Origin: Parcubacteria group bacterium
GTDB lineage: Bacteria; Patescibacteriota; Patescibacteriia; UBA1558; GWA2-36-10
Direction of reading: 5' to 3'
DNA: 64,000 bases
Assembly (NCBI GenBank): GCA_003104935.1
Contig: PQAE01000002.1
Coordinates: 3,527 to 67,526, forward strand
The notes below the pieces were generated by a model, which saw only the letters and a program-made list of their open reading frames with translations, was not told the origin of the DNA and did no database searches. The first letter of the stretch is position 1, and every line of letters begins with the position of its first letter. The translations under genes and the position numbers were made by a program. Below are positions 16,808 to 26,156 of this stretch, piece by piece.

Positions 16808-18385
16808 TTATTGGGATAATTGGCTAATATCTAAAATCAAAATGGGCTGACCGTCGGAGGTCACCCCTACGCCTTTGATATAATCCAACCGTTTCAGCGC
16901 CGCCGGCGTTTTTTTCATCACCAATTCTCTTTCCTGGATGTTACTGGCTATGGGCAGAGCCAAATGTTTACCATTATAATCCATCAGAGCCACATATTTG
17001 CTCAGAGGTTTTAGCGACCGTAAAGATAATTTTTTAGTTAAAGACAGTATCCGATATTTATGATAGCCGGAAGTGAACCATTTTTGCTCCTCTAAATTTA
17101 TTAACTTATCCGGGCGGACTACCGACGTCACGTGAAACAAGGGCATAGCCAATTGATAAGGGCCCAGGCGCAAAACTAAACTCCGGAAAATAGACAGTGG
17201 TAAGGGAATAGTGACGACAAAAGTGGTGCCTTTGCCGGGCAGACTGGTGACCTTGATTTTGCCGCCCAAAGCCTGTACCCGGTCCTTGACCAGACTTAAC
17301 CCGATACCGCGGCCGGAAACAAAATCAGTATTCTCCGTAGCGGAAATTCCGGACATAAAAATCAGATCGTCCAACTCTTTTCGGGATATTTTCTTACTGC
17401 GGGCCGCACTAATAATTTTATTGTTCACGGCCTTGGCAACTATATCCCTCCAATTTATGCCCCGGCCATTGTCGGAAATAAGTAACTCCATACTATCGTC
17501 GACCAAAGCGGCCCTTAAGGTAATACGTCCGTTTTTCTGGTTCAAACCGATGCCGTGGCTGACGGCATTTTTTAATAACTGAATAATTATTTCAATCAGC
17601 TCATCCAGGATCGCTTTGTCTAGCGATAAATCATTGTCCTCCAGATCCAGGGCTACGGTTTTGCCCTGTTCCCGGGCAATATCCCGGACTAAGTAAGGCA
17701 GAGAAGAAAATATATCCGACAGCGGCACTATGCGGAGCTTTTCCAGCTCGCGGCGCAGATTATTGACCGTGGTATCAGTCTCCACGGATAGCGACAATAT
17801 GTCGGCCAAACCCTGTTTTTTGGCCAAATTTTTGGTCTGCATCACACCGATCAATAGGTCATCGCAAAGGTTTTGTAAAGTATTTAGATGATCAGTGGAA
17901 ACCGCTATTTCGGCGTCAATATGCAGATCGTTGAGGATGGTCTTCTTCTGGCTGAGATTGGCCTTTTGCCTGACCGAGGCGTTTTTTCGCTGACCGCGAA
18001 AGCATGTGCGTAGCACGGCCATCTGTTTGTCCAGAGCAATCTGTCGACCGTTTTTACCGATAGACTCCAGGTTTCTTCGCAACACCTCAACGGTATCAAA
18101 AAACGTGTCTAAAATCTTTCTATTTAATTTTAAACTGCCGTTGTAAACCGCTTCCACGATATCCTCCAAGGTGTGCAAGAACTCCACGGTTTTCTTAAAG
18201 GACATGGTCGCCGCTCCACCCTTCATGGAATGAATCAGACGGAACATGTTTTCAATCAAGATATTGCTGTCCGGTTTTTTTACCAAAGATAAAATAATCT
18301 CATTTAGCTTTTTGAGTTGTTTCTTATTACTGGCGATATACAAACTGGTATATTTTCGGCTAATCATACAAATGAATTTTTTCAA
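16808..18385 (-). CDS. CheA-like chemotaxis histidine kinase (HPt - dimerization - HATPase_c - CheW-like domain)
   Basis: It has an HPt motif (HSMKGGAATMSF), an ATPase G-boxes region (ISDNGRGINW...GRGIGLSLV...GKGTTFVVTIPL) and a C-terminal CheW-like beta domain. The N-terminus overlaps the upstream CheW gene by 8-26 nt depending on start choice. Confidence 0.8.
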   Translation of the reverse strand: MKKFICMISRKYTSLYIASNKKQLKKLNEIILSLVKKPDSNILIENMFRLIHSMKGGAATMSFKKTVEFLHTLEDIVEAVYNGSLKLNRKILDTFFDTVEVLRRNLESIGKNGRQIALDKQMAVLRTCFRGQRKNASVRQKANLSQKKTILNDLHIDAEIAVSTDHLNTLQNLCDDLLIGVMQTKNLAKKQGLADILSLSVETDTTVNNLRRELEKLRIVPLSDIFSSLPYLVRDIAREQGKTVALDLEDNDLSLDKAILDELIEIIIQLLKNAVSHGIGLNQKNGRITLRAALVDDSMELLISDNGRGINWRDIVAKAVNNKIISAARSKKISRKELDDLIFMSGISATENTDFVSGRGIGLSLVKDRVQALGGKIKVTSLPGKGTTFVVTIPLPLSIFRSLVLRLGPYQLAMPLFHVTSVVRPDKLINLEEQKWFTSGYHKYRILSLTKKLSLRSLKPLSKYVALMDYNGKHLALPIASNIQERELVMKKTPAALKRLDYIKGVGVTSDGQPILILDISQLSQ

Positions 18386-18779
18386 AAATATCGCTGACCT
18401 CGATGATATAAACTTTCTGCTTATTGATCTTTAAATATTTAGCAAAAATTTTCCGGCTACGGTCAGTAAAAATATGTTCGGCCTTGATTGTCTCCCCTGG
18501 TTCATCCACCAGCAAACCGTAGTAGTCACCGTTAAAACTGAACAGCAGACCATGGCGTTTCGTCGGCGCCCCGGCTAAACCCAGGGACAATAAATTGCGA
18601 CTGTTAAGCAACGTGATGATCTGCCCGCTATGGTAGGTCAATCCGGCAATACTGAGATCGCTCTGCGGCAAAGCAACTAAATCTCCGCAGGTGAAAAACT
18701 GACTATTATCATAAAGCGGCATGGCCCACTGCTCGCCCGCCACAGAAAATAAAATAAATTTGTAATTCTTTTTTTCCAT
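18360..18779 (-). CDS. CheW-like coupling protein
   Basis: The 139-aa protein has a single CheW-like domain (FILFSVAGEQWAMPL...GLTYHSGQIITLLN...GLLVDEPGETI). Confidence 0.55.
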   Translation of the reverse strand: MEKKNYKFILFSVAGEQWAMPLYDNSQFFTCGDLVALPQSDLSIAGLTYHSGQIITLLNSRNLLSLGLAGAPTKRHGLLFSFNGDYYGLLVDEPGETIKAEHIFTDRSRKIFAKYLKINKQKVYIIEVSDIFEKIHLYD

Positions 18780-18781
18780 AT

Positions 18782-19924
18782 TTAATGCCGCCCCACTAGA
18801 TCATCCAAGGTATTGACGACCTGATCCAGATCTTTGGAAGACCGCTCCAAAGAACGACTCACCACCATCTGTTCGTTAATAATCACCGCGATGTTATCGG
18901 CCCGCTTGACCAAATCCCGCGACTGCTTGTTTAAACCGCCGATCATCTGTTTGATGCTGTCTGCTTTGAGTTGAGTGCGCTCATTTTCCTGACTGATACT
19001 TTGGACATTTTCGGAAATATTGCCGACATTAGCGATAATTTTATTCAAAAATTTTATGGTCTGGGATAGAATGGAAATGGTCTTTGAGCTTTCCTCCTTT
19101 TGATGCAAAGAAGATTGGCCGATCTGGCCGATCTGCTCCTGCATATTAGTGGCCAATGACTGGATACCGGCGGCGGCCTGCTCGGTGGTAATATTTAACT
19201 CTCTGATTTGAGAAACTAAATTGGAAAAATCCTCGCTAAATGAGCTTTTATTGGTTTCTATACTGACGTTGAGACTCAAAAACTTTGTAGTTTCCGAAAG
19301 TACTTCCACTCTTTTAGCAATATCTTTAACCCGGTCAGCATAGGTATCCAAGGCCTGATTAAGCGTCTGGTTGGTCGTCGCCAATTGCTTTATGATCACC
19401 AGACTTTTTAAAGCCACTTCTGACTTTTCCGTGCCCTGTATGGCTAATTTATCAATATCTTTCAGATCAGCGACTGACACTCTGGTTTCATCCACAATAC
19501 TGTGAAAAGACTTAACCATATCGCCGACAGAATTGGTCCCCACTTTTAGCCCCTGCTCCTGAGCTTTACTGTTGGAAAGTAAAAACTGTGATATTTCCCT
19601 GTCTTTTTTAGTAATTCCTGAAAGCGTCTGCACCGACTTTAATAAAGAAGGAGTAACCTTGCTTAATCTATCTACCGAGATAGAAATGGGTTTAGTGATA
19701 GACCGGGAAAGCAACCTGGTGGCTAGTAGAGACAGACCAAATACAAAGGCCAGGGAAATCAGCAACCCGGCGATAACCGACTGCGCCAAGCCGTAAATCT
19801 CCAAAATATTCAATTTGGGAAAAAATAAGGAGATGGTAAAAAACAGTACCGCCAAGGGCACTATTGATACTAAAAAAAACCACAAAATAAAACGAATGTA
19901 AATTTTTGTTTCAGTGATCCTCAC
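18782..19924 (-). CDS. Methyl-accepting chemotaxis protein-like transducer (2 TM, short sensing loop, coiled-coil signalling domain)
   Basis: There are two N-terminal TM helices, then a long heptad-repeat cytoplasmic domain with the MCP-like core ...TTEQAAAGIQSLATNMQEQIGQI.... The gene is first in the orientation of the che-pil gene string. Confidence 0.55.
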   Translation of the reverse strand: MRITETKIYIRFILWFFLVSIVPLAVLFFTISLFFPKLNILEIYGLAQSVIAGLLISLAFVFGLSLLATRLLSRSITKPISISVDRLSKVTPSLLKSVQTLSGITKKDREISQFLLSNSKAQEQGLKVGTNSVGDMVKSFHSIVDETRVSVADLKDIDKLAIQGTEKSEVALKSLVIIKQLATTNQTLNQALDTYADRVKDIAKRVEVLSETTKFLSLNVSIETNKSSFSEDFSNLVSQIRELNITTEQAAAGIQSLATNMQEQIGQIGQSSLHQKEESSKTISILSQTIKFLNKIIANVGNISENVQSISQENERTQLKADSIKQMIGGLNKQSRDLVKRADNIAVIINEQMVVSRSLERSSKDLDQVVNTLDDLVGRH

Positions 19925-20104
19925 TGGAAGATTTATTTTTATTTTTTTGTTTGTATCTTGGCTCTATTATAACATATTTCCGCTCAATAAACAAAATGTC
20001 CCCTAATGATAAATTTGCCTGACCAAGACAATACTAGCTAACCTACCCACTCTGTTTCCGGGTTGACCCCGTTAAATAGGCGTTCGCCCCTTCATTTAAC
20101 CGGG

Positions 20105-20134
20105 TTGACAAAAATGGGCTATTATTACTATAAT
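20105..20134 (+). promoter_or_regulatory. Sigma70-like promoter (TTGACA-18 bp-TATAAT) for the glycan-locus priming transferase gene
   Basis: ttgaca is at 20105-20110 and tataat at 20129-20134, which puts the -10 element 24 nt before the ATG at 20158. A 10-bp direct repeat CCGGGTTGAC occurs at 20058-20067 and 20100-20109. Confidence 0.4.
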
Positions 20135-20157
20135 TAGCAATATTAAAAGCAATTGAG

Positions 20158-21522
20158 ATGAAAAAATTTATTCTATTAATAGGCGATATTGCCCTGCTCT
20201 ACGCCAGCTTAGCCCTGACCCTGTGGATTAGGTATGGAGAGCTAAGCCACGAATTGTGGCAAAAACACCTGGTGCCTTTTACCATCGTATTCAGCATTTG
20301 GCTGATTGTTTTTTTTATAAACGGACTTTATGAAATAAGCAAGGTCACCAACGACTTCAAATTTTACGGGAACCTGATCCAAAACCTGATCACCAACGGA
20401 CTTTTATCCATGATTTTCTTTTATCTGATTTTGGGTCGGCTGGGACAACTACGGCCCCAAACTGTCTTATTAATCTTAATCGTGATCTTTGCAATTTTGT
20501 TTTTGATCTGGCGCAAGATTTTTTACAATCTTATTTCCAGTTCTACGCTCAGTAATAACCTGGCGCTCATCGGCATTAACCACGAATCGCTTTTATTAAT
20601 CGAGGAGGTCTCCACCAAACCCCAACTGGGCTATAAGCTGAAGCTGATCATCAATCCGGATTACAGCGAAGTTCCTCAGAAATATCAACTGGTGCCGATC
20701 AGCCGGGACATCGCTAATCTCAAAGATCAGCTGATCAAATACAAAATCAATACCGTCGTCACCACCAACAACCCCAAGTACGGACCGGAAGTGGCCCGCT
20801 ATCTATTTGAAAGCATTGATCTTAAAATAAAATATTTTAACCTGACTGATTTTTACGAAAAGATTACCGGCAAAATACCACTAACCGCTCTGGAAAGGCA
20901 TTGGTTTTTAGACAACATCAGCAAGAAAAATAGTAGTTGGTTTTTACTAGTCAAAAGAATAATAGATATTTTTTTCTCTCTGTTTTTTGGCCTAATTTAT
21001 CTGATTTTCCTGCCCCTAATCGCCCTGCTGATCAAGTTGGAATCTCCCGGTCCGATAATTTACACCCAAAAAAGAGTAGGTCTGGGAGGAAAGATATTTA
21101 CCGTGTATAAACTGCGGTCCATGGTCCAAAACGCCGAAAAAGACGGCGCCAAATGGGCCGAGCACGGCGATAGCCGAGTAACCCACATCGGCCGCTTTAT
21201 CCGCAAATCCCGCATTGACGAGGCTCCTCAATTTTTTAATATTCTTAAGGGTGATATGAGTTTTGTCGGTCCCCGGCCGGAACGCCCCGAATTTGTGGAA
21301 GAACTAAAAAAGTCAATCACCTTTTACAATGAACGCCACTTGGTCAAACCTGGTCTGACCGGCTGGGCGCAGATTAATTTCCCCTATGGCTCATCGGTGG
21401 AAGACGCCAAACAAAAACTTTCCTTTGATCTATTTTATATTAAAAATCAGTCCACGGCTTTGGATATCTCCATAATTTTAAAAACCATCAATACAGTCTT
21501 CAATGTTACTCTCGGCCGCTAA
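20158..21522 (+). CDS. Polyprenyl-phosphate sugar-phosphate transferase (WbaP/CpsE 'bacterial sugar transferase' family), initiating enzyme
   Basis: The 454-aa protein has 4-5 N-terminal TMs and a C-terminal catalytic domain (PGPIIYTQKRVGLGGKIFTVYKLRSM...DEAPQFFNILKGDMSFVGPRPERPEF). Confidence 0.85.
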   Translation: MKKFILLIGDIALLYASLALTLWIRYGELSHELWQKHLVPFTIVFSIWLIVFFINGLYEISKVTNDFKFYGNLIQNLITNGLLSMIFFYLILGRLGQLRPQTVLLILIVIFAILFLIWRKIFYNLISSSTLSNNLALIGINHESLLLIEEVSTKPQLGYKLKLIINPDYSEVPQKYQLVPISRDIANLKDQLIKYKINTVVTTNNPKYGPEVARYLFESIDLKIKYFNLTDFYEKITGKIPLTALERHWFLDNISKKNSSWFLLVKRIIDIFFSLFFGLIYLIFLPLIALLIKLESPGPIIYTQKRVGLGGKIFTVYKLRSMVQNAEKDGAKWAEHGDSRVTHIGRFIRKSRIDEAPQFFNILKGDMSFVGPRPERPEFVEELKKSITFYNERHLVKPGLTGWAQINFPYGSSVEDAKQKLSFDLFYIKNQSTALDISIILKTINTVFNVTLGR

Positions 21523-21523
21523 G

Positions 21524-22717
21524 ATGCAAACCACTAATACCCGAAAAATTTGCGTAGTCGGTCTGGGCTATGTCGGCCTGCCGCTAGCCGTGGCCCTGGG
21601 GCAAAAACAAGAGGTCTTTGGTTTTGATATCAGCACTGCCAGGATATCAGAACTGAAAAACAATTTTGATTCTCGCGGCGAAACAAGCGCCGAGGACATA
21701 AAAAAGGCCCGCTTGGTTTTAGACAGCGACCCAAATATCATCCGACAGGCTGATTTTATTATTGTGGCCGTGCCGACCCCGATCGATAAAAACAATCAGC
21801 CGGACATCACCCTACTCCTACAAGCTTGTCGTCTAGTGGGGCAAAATATGCAGCCGGGCGCGATCGTCGTCTATGAATCAACGGTTTATCCTGGCTGTAC
21901 GGAGAGAGATTGTGTACCAATTTTGGCACAGGAATCAAGACTACAATATATCAAGGATTTTAAAGTGGGTTATTCGCCGGAAAGAATCAATCCCGGAGAC
22001 AAATTGCATACGGTGGATAAAATAGTAAAAATAGTTTCCGCTTGCGACCAAGAAAGTCTGAAGATCATCACGGCAGTTTATGGAATGATTATTAGAGCGG
22101 GATTGCATCAAGCGCCTAGCATTATCGTCGCCGAAGCCGCTAAGATAATTGAAAACACCCAACGGGATATCAATATCGCCCTGATGAATGAACTCAAAAT
22201 GATCTTTGATAAAGCCAGCATCGATTGGCAAGAAGTGATTGCCGCGGCTTCCACTAAATGGAACTTTATGCCCTTTACCCCCGGACTGGTAGGCGGACAC
22301 TGCATCGGCGTCGATCCCTACTATCTAGCTGCCGAAGCCAAACGTCTGGGCCATGATCCCGAGGTTATTCTGTCCGGGCGCAAAATCAACGATCAAATGG
22401 CTATTTATGAGGCTCAACGACTCCTTAAATATATGCAAACGAAAGGCGTGCCAGCTAATGCTAGATTGCTAATTTTAGGCGGCACGTTCAAACCTAATGT
22501 GGCTGATACTAGAAACTCTAAGGTAGCTGACGTGATCGGTATTTTAAAAAAACAGGGCTACCAAGTTAATATTTGCGAACCCTTTGTAAATGATAATCTT
22601 TTTGACTGCGTTAATGTTTCCCCGGAAAAAATTAAAGATTATGCTTTTGTCATCAAGGCGGTACGCCATGACATTTTTAAAGACATAAAAGCTGACTACG
22701 AAATAATCTATAATTAA
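21524..22717 (+). CDS. UDP-sugar 6-dehydrogenase (UDP-glucose/GDP-mannose dehydrogenase family; TviB/WbpA/WecC-like)
   Basis: The N-terminus has a Rossmann motif ICVVGLGYVGLPLAVALG, and the catalytic Cys region GGHCIGVDPYYL is present. The start was moved to the ATG giving MQTTNTRKICVVGLGYVG. Confidence 0.8.
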   Translation: MQTTNTRKICVVGLGYVGLPLAVALGQKQEVFGFDISTARISELKNNFDSRGETSAEDIKKARLVLDSDPNIIRQADFIIVAVPTPIDKNNQPDITLLLQACRLVGQNMQPGAIVVYESTVYPGCTERDCVPILAQESRLQYIKDFKVGYSPERINPGDKLHTVDKIVKIVSACDQESLKIITAVYGMIIRAGLHQAPSIIVAEAAKIIENTQRDINIALMNELKMIFDKASIDWQEVIAAASTKWNFMPFTPGLVGGHCIGVDPYYLAAEAKRLGHDPEVILSGRKINDQMAIYEAQRLLKYMQTKGVPANARLLILGGTFKPNVADTRNSKVADVIGILKKQGYQVNICEPFVNDNLFDCVNVSPEKIKDYAFVIKAVRHDIFKDIKADYEIIYN

Positions 22718-22723
22718 GGATAA

Positions 22724-23704
22724 ATGCAAGGACTTTTGCCCAATCAAACCATACTAGTAACCGGCAGCGCCGGCTTTATCGGTTTTCATACTGCCCGGCG
22801 GCTGCTGGATGACGGCCAAAAAGTTATTGGTTTAGATAATTTTAACGATTATTATGATCCTCGGCTCAAAGAAGATCGTAATAAAATTTTAGAAACAAAT
22901 AAAAATTTTCATCTTTATCGTGGAAACCTGGAAGATCTTAGTTTGATAAAAAAAATATTTCGGGAAAATAAGATAGATAAGATTTGCCACCTAGCCGCGC
23001 AAGCTGGTGTTCGCTACAGCATGACTAATCCACATGCTTACGTCCGGTCAAATATAGTCGGTTTTGTAAATCTACTTGAAGAAGCAAAAAATAATAAGGT
23101 TTATGATTTTATTTATGCCTCCTCCAGCTCAGTATATGGAAAAAATGACCTTATTCCTTTTAGCGAACAAGATAATGTTGATCAACCGATTTCTCTCTAT
23201 GCCGCCACCAAAAAAAGCAACGAGCTGATCGCTTATACTTACCATCACCTCTACGGGTTACATTGCACCGGACTGCGCTTTTTTACGGTCTATGGACCTT
23301 ACGGACGCCCTGATATGGCGCTATTTTTATTTACCAAAGCCATCTTAGAAAACCGGCCCATCGATGTCTATAATTCCGGCAAAATGGAAAGAGATTTTAC
23401 ATATATAGATGATATCGTCGAAGGCATCATTAGTAGTCTGGCTCATGCCTATCCCTATGAAATTTTTAATTTGGGTAACAATCAGGCTGTAAAACTGACG
23501 GACTTTATCAAATGCATAGAAAACAACCTGGGTAAAAACGCCCAGCAAAATATGCTGGCGATGCAACCCGGCGATGTGGCTAAAACCTTTGCTAATATAG
23601 ACCTGGCCAAAACCAAACTAAATTTTCGACCGCGCGTCTCAATAGAAAAAGGAATTAGTAATTTTATTCAATGGTATAAAAATTATTACCAAATAAATGT
23701 TTGA
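22724..23704 (+). CDS. NAD-dependent UDP-uronate 4-epimerase family (TviC/Cap1J-like) SDR
   Basis: Motifs present are ILVTGSAGFIGFH...GLDNFNDYYDPRLKEDR...YASSSSVYG...SLYAATKKSNEL...GLRFFTVYGPYGRPDMALFLFT. Confidence 0.8.
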   Translation: MQGLLPNQTILVTGSAGFIGFHTARRLLDDGQKVIGLDNFNDYYDPRLKEDRNKILETNKNFHLYRGNLEDLSLIKKIFRENKIDKICHLAAQAGVRYSMTNPHAYVRSNIVGFVNLLEEAKNNKVYDFIYASSSSVYGKNDLIPFSEQDNVDQPISLYAATKKSNELIAYTYHHLYGLHCTGLRFFTVYGPYGRPDMALFLFTKAILENRPIDVYNSGKMERDFTYIDDIVEGIISSLAHAYPYEIFNLGNNQAVKLTDFIKCIENNLGKNAQQNMLAMQPGDVAKTFANIDLAKTKLNFRPRVSIEKGISNFIQWYKNYYQINV

Positions 23705-25013
23705 TAAATTAAAATCAAAAATATTCAAACTCTTGCGCCGCAGCGAAAAATATACCAAAACTGATATGGTCTATCTGGCTCATGGTCAGTTTTGGTTGAC
23801 GGCCGGGGAAGTTGTTTCCGCGACCTCAACATTTTTATTGGCGATAGCCTTTGCCAATCTACTGCCTAAAGAAACTTACGGTACCTACAAATATATTTTA
23901 TCTATCTTCGGGATTTTGACCATCAGCACACTGACCGGCATGAACATTGCCGTCAGCCAGGCCGTAGCCCGTGGTTTGGAAGGAACAGTTATGGTCGCCC
24001 TAAGAAAAAAAATGCTATACGGGACTATCGGCAGTGTGGCCAGTTTAGGCGTCGCTGGTTATTATTATTTTCAACACAACACTACTCTGGCCCTGGCTTT
24101 TTTGATCATTGCCGCTTTTGTCCCTTTTATGGACTCCTATACCGTTTATGTGGCTTATTTGGAGGGAAAAAAACTTTTCAAAAACTCCACCATCTACCTG
24201 ACCAGCAACAGGATCATAGCTAGCATCATTTTGTTTTTAGGTTTGCTTTTAACCAAAAACATTTTTATTATTGTCTGCATATATTTTTGCTCATGGATTA
24301 TCCTGCGACTGATCACTTTTCAGCGCACCATACATAAATTTCCTCCCAATAGCCAATCCGATCCGTCGGTCGTCGCCTTTGCTAGACACTCCAGTCTGAT
24401 AAACGTGACTGCCAGCCTGATCGCTTCCTTGGATACCATCCTATTGTTTCATTACTTCGGCGCCGCCGGAGTAGCCGTCTATGCTTTTGCTATGGCTCCA
24501 GTTTCCCAATTTAAGAGATTGTTTAATAAAATACCGACGCTAGCCATGCCTAAATTTGCTACCCGAACTATCTGGGAAATAAACCAGCAATTTTGGAAAA
24601 GGTTTTTCTTGCTGACAATGATCGGAGTTGGTTTAACGGCTTTCTACGTATTTATTGCTCCGGTTGTTTTTAAAACTTTTTTCCCGAAATATATGGATAG
24701 TGTCTGGCCCTCGCAAATCTATGCTCTGACTATTATTTTTAATCTGGCTCTCGCTATACTCAGCCCGCTGGTAAACTCACGGCTTAATATTATACCCAAA
24801 AGGATGCTTTACTTGTGGAATTTGCCCGCCATAGTGCTAGTTTTATCTATTATTATCACTATAAAACCCCTGGGTGTTATCGGCGTTATTATAAGCCAAG
24901 TGATCGGCGGTTTGACTTCCCTGATACTGACTTTTATTTTTTGGGAAAAAATAAAAAAAATAGAGGCTAAAAACAAGCCCCTGACTGAAAGCTCCCCCAC
25001 CCCTGGCGCCTAG
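23697..25013 (+). CDS. Polysaccharide biosynthesis protein / Wzx-like oligosaccharide flippase (MOP superfamily)
   Basis: The 438-aa protein has about 12 predicted TM helices and is located right after the nucleotide-sugar genes. Confidence 0.6.
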   Translation: MFDKLKSKIFKLLRRSEKYTKTDMVYLAHGQFWLTAGEVVSATSTFLLAIAFANLLPKETYGTYKYILSIFGILTISTLTGMNIAVSQAVARGLEGTVMVALRKKMLYGTIGSVASLGVAGYYYFQHNTTLALAFLIIAAFVPFMDSYTVYVAYLEGKKLFKNSTIYLTSNRIIASIILFLGLLLTKNIFIIVCIYFCSWIILRLITFQRTIHKFPPNSQSDPSVVAFARHSSLINVTASLIASLDTILLFHYFGAAGVAVYAFAMAPVSQFKRLFNKIPTLAMPKFATRTIWEINQQFWKRFFLLTMIGVGLTAFYVFIAPVVFKTFFPKYMDSVWPSQIYALTIIFNLALAILSPLVNSRLNIIPKRMLYLWNLPAIVLVLSIIITIKPLGVIGVIISQVIGGLTSLILTFIFWEKIKKIEAKNKPLTESSPTPGA

Positions 25014-25019
25014 CTTTCT

Positions 25020-26156
25020 TTACCAAAAAACTACTTGGTTGTTGATATTTTCCAAAATATCTTTTTTTATTTCCTCATTATAGATGCCGGCTTTGAGAAT
25101 AACATTGACCTTGCCTAGGCCAGCCAAAATTTTTGGCGAATCAACGATTAAAGAAGTACCGTACAAACGTTTGTCTTTTTTGATTAGGCTATTGTCCAAA
25201 ATCCGAATTATTTTATCAGTTCTTAGTCCAAAACCAATCAGATATTGGGAAAAAATATGGGCGCCAAACAGATAGACTGGCTCACTGGATTTCTCTATTT
25301 TTTTGTTTAGGTCAGCGACTATTCCCAAGTGGTAGTTTACAAAATTATTGAAAATTTGCTTATATTCGGCATACTTATTTTCTAACCGAGCGATGTTTTC
25401 TGGTGTTGCCACCCTATTTGTGGCGTAAAAAATGCTGTGGGGATTTCCATAGTACTGCTTCGCTAAAATTTTAAAACCGTATTTTTCTAAAATAAATTCA
25501 ACAATCGGTTCGGTCAAAAAAACTGTATGTTCAAAATTCAGGCAGTTGGTAAAATTATTTCTCAGCATGGCTTCCAAATTTGGGAAGGTAAAAATATGCT
25601 TTTGCCCCGGCTGGAGAAATTTGGCGATATGCTCAATAAATTTTAAGGGATTATAGGTATGCTCCAGAACATGGGAGTGAATAACAGTGTCCACCGGTTC
25701 AGCGCTGAAAAAATTTTCATCAAACCAATCCTGGATGACCTGAATTTTCGGATTTTTTATATACTCGGGATTTGGTTCTACACTTATCCATCGAACATCA
25801 GAATCCAATCTGAAATACTGTTCGGCGATAATATCATGCGCCCCGCCAATCTCCAGAATATTCTTTCCGGGTTTGTTTTGATGTAAAAATTCAGCAAAGG
25901 CCCGGTAGTGGTCCTGCCAGACCTGACCCACGCCGTCATTGTGCTGATTGAGATATAATTTTTCCAAAGGAATTAATTTTTTGAGCTGGATCAAACCCGT
26001 GTCGCGGCAAATATCCCAGATCATATCCGCCCGCAAATCCTGCTCGGCCGGAGTATCCACACAACCCATAAAAACCGGAAAATTCTTTAGAGTGTATAAA
26101 TGCTCTAAATTTTTTTTTCCGGTCAATAAACTATGTTCCCGGACTATATAATTCAT
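25020..26156 (-). CDS. Sugar C-methyltransferase-family protein (SAM MTase core plus C-terminal C-methyltransferase domain, TylCIII/NovU-like family)
   Basis: The SAM fold has NILEIGGAHD...HSHVLEHTYNP. The C-terminal domain VYLFGAHIFSQYLIGFGLRTDKIIRILDNSLIKKDKRLYGTSLIVDSP matches the Methyltransf_14 pattern (VxLWGAGAKG...D.N..KQGK..PGT.IPI). Confidence 0.5.
   Translation of the reverse strand: MNYIVREHSLLTGKKNLEHLYTLKNFPVFMGCVDTPAEQDLRADMIWDICRDTGLIQLKKLIPLEKLYLNQHNDGVGQVWQDHYRAFAEFLHQNKPGKNILEIGGAHDIIAEQYFRLDSDVRWISVEPNPEYIKNPKIQVIQDWFDENFFSAEPVDTVIHSHVLEHTYNPLKFIEHIAKFLQPGQKHIFTFPNLEAMLRNNFTNCLNFEHTVFLTEPIVEFILEKYGFKILAKQYYGNPHSIFYATNRVATPENIARLENKYAEYKQIFNNFVNYHLGIVADLNKKIEKSSEPVYLFGAHIFSQYLIGFGLRTDKIIRILDNSLIKKDKRLYGTSLIVDSPKILAGLGKVNVILKAGIYNEEIKKDILENINNQVVFW

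Noticed and set aside
16808-18385. Possibility that the 525-aa kinase is an ordinary two-component sensor kinase
   Set aside because: It has an N-terminal HPt (HSMKGGA) rather than a HisKA H-box after a sensor domain, and a C-terminal CheW-like domain. It is also flanked by CheW and CheY genes, so a CheA-type call is preferred.
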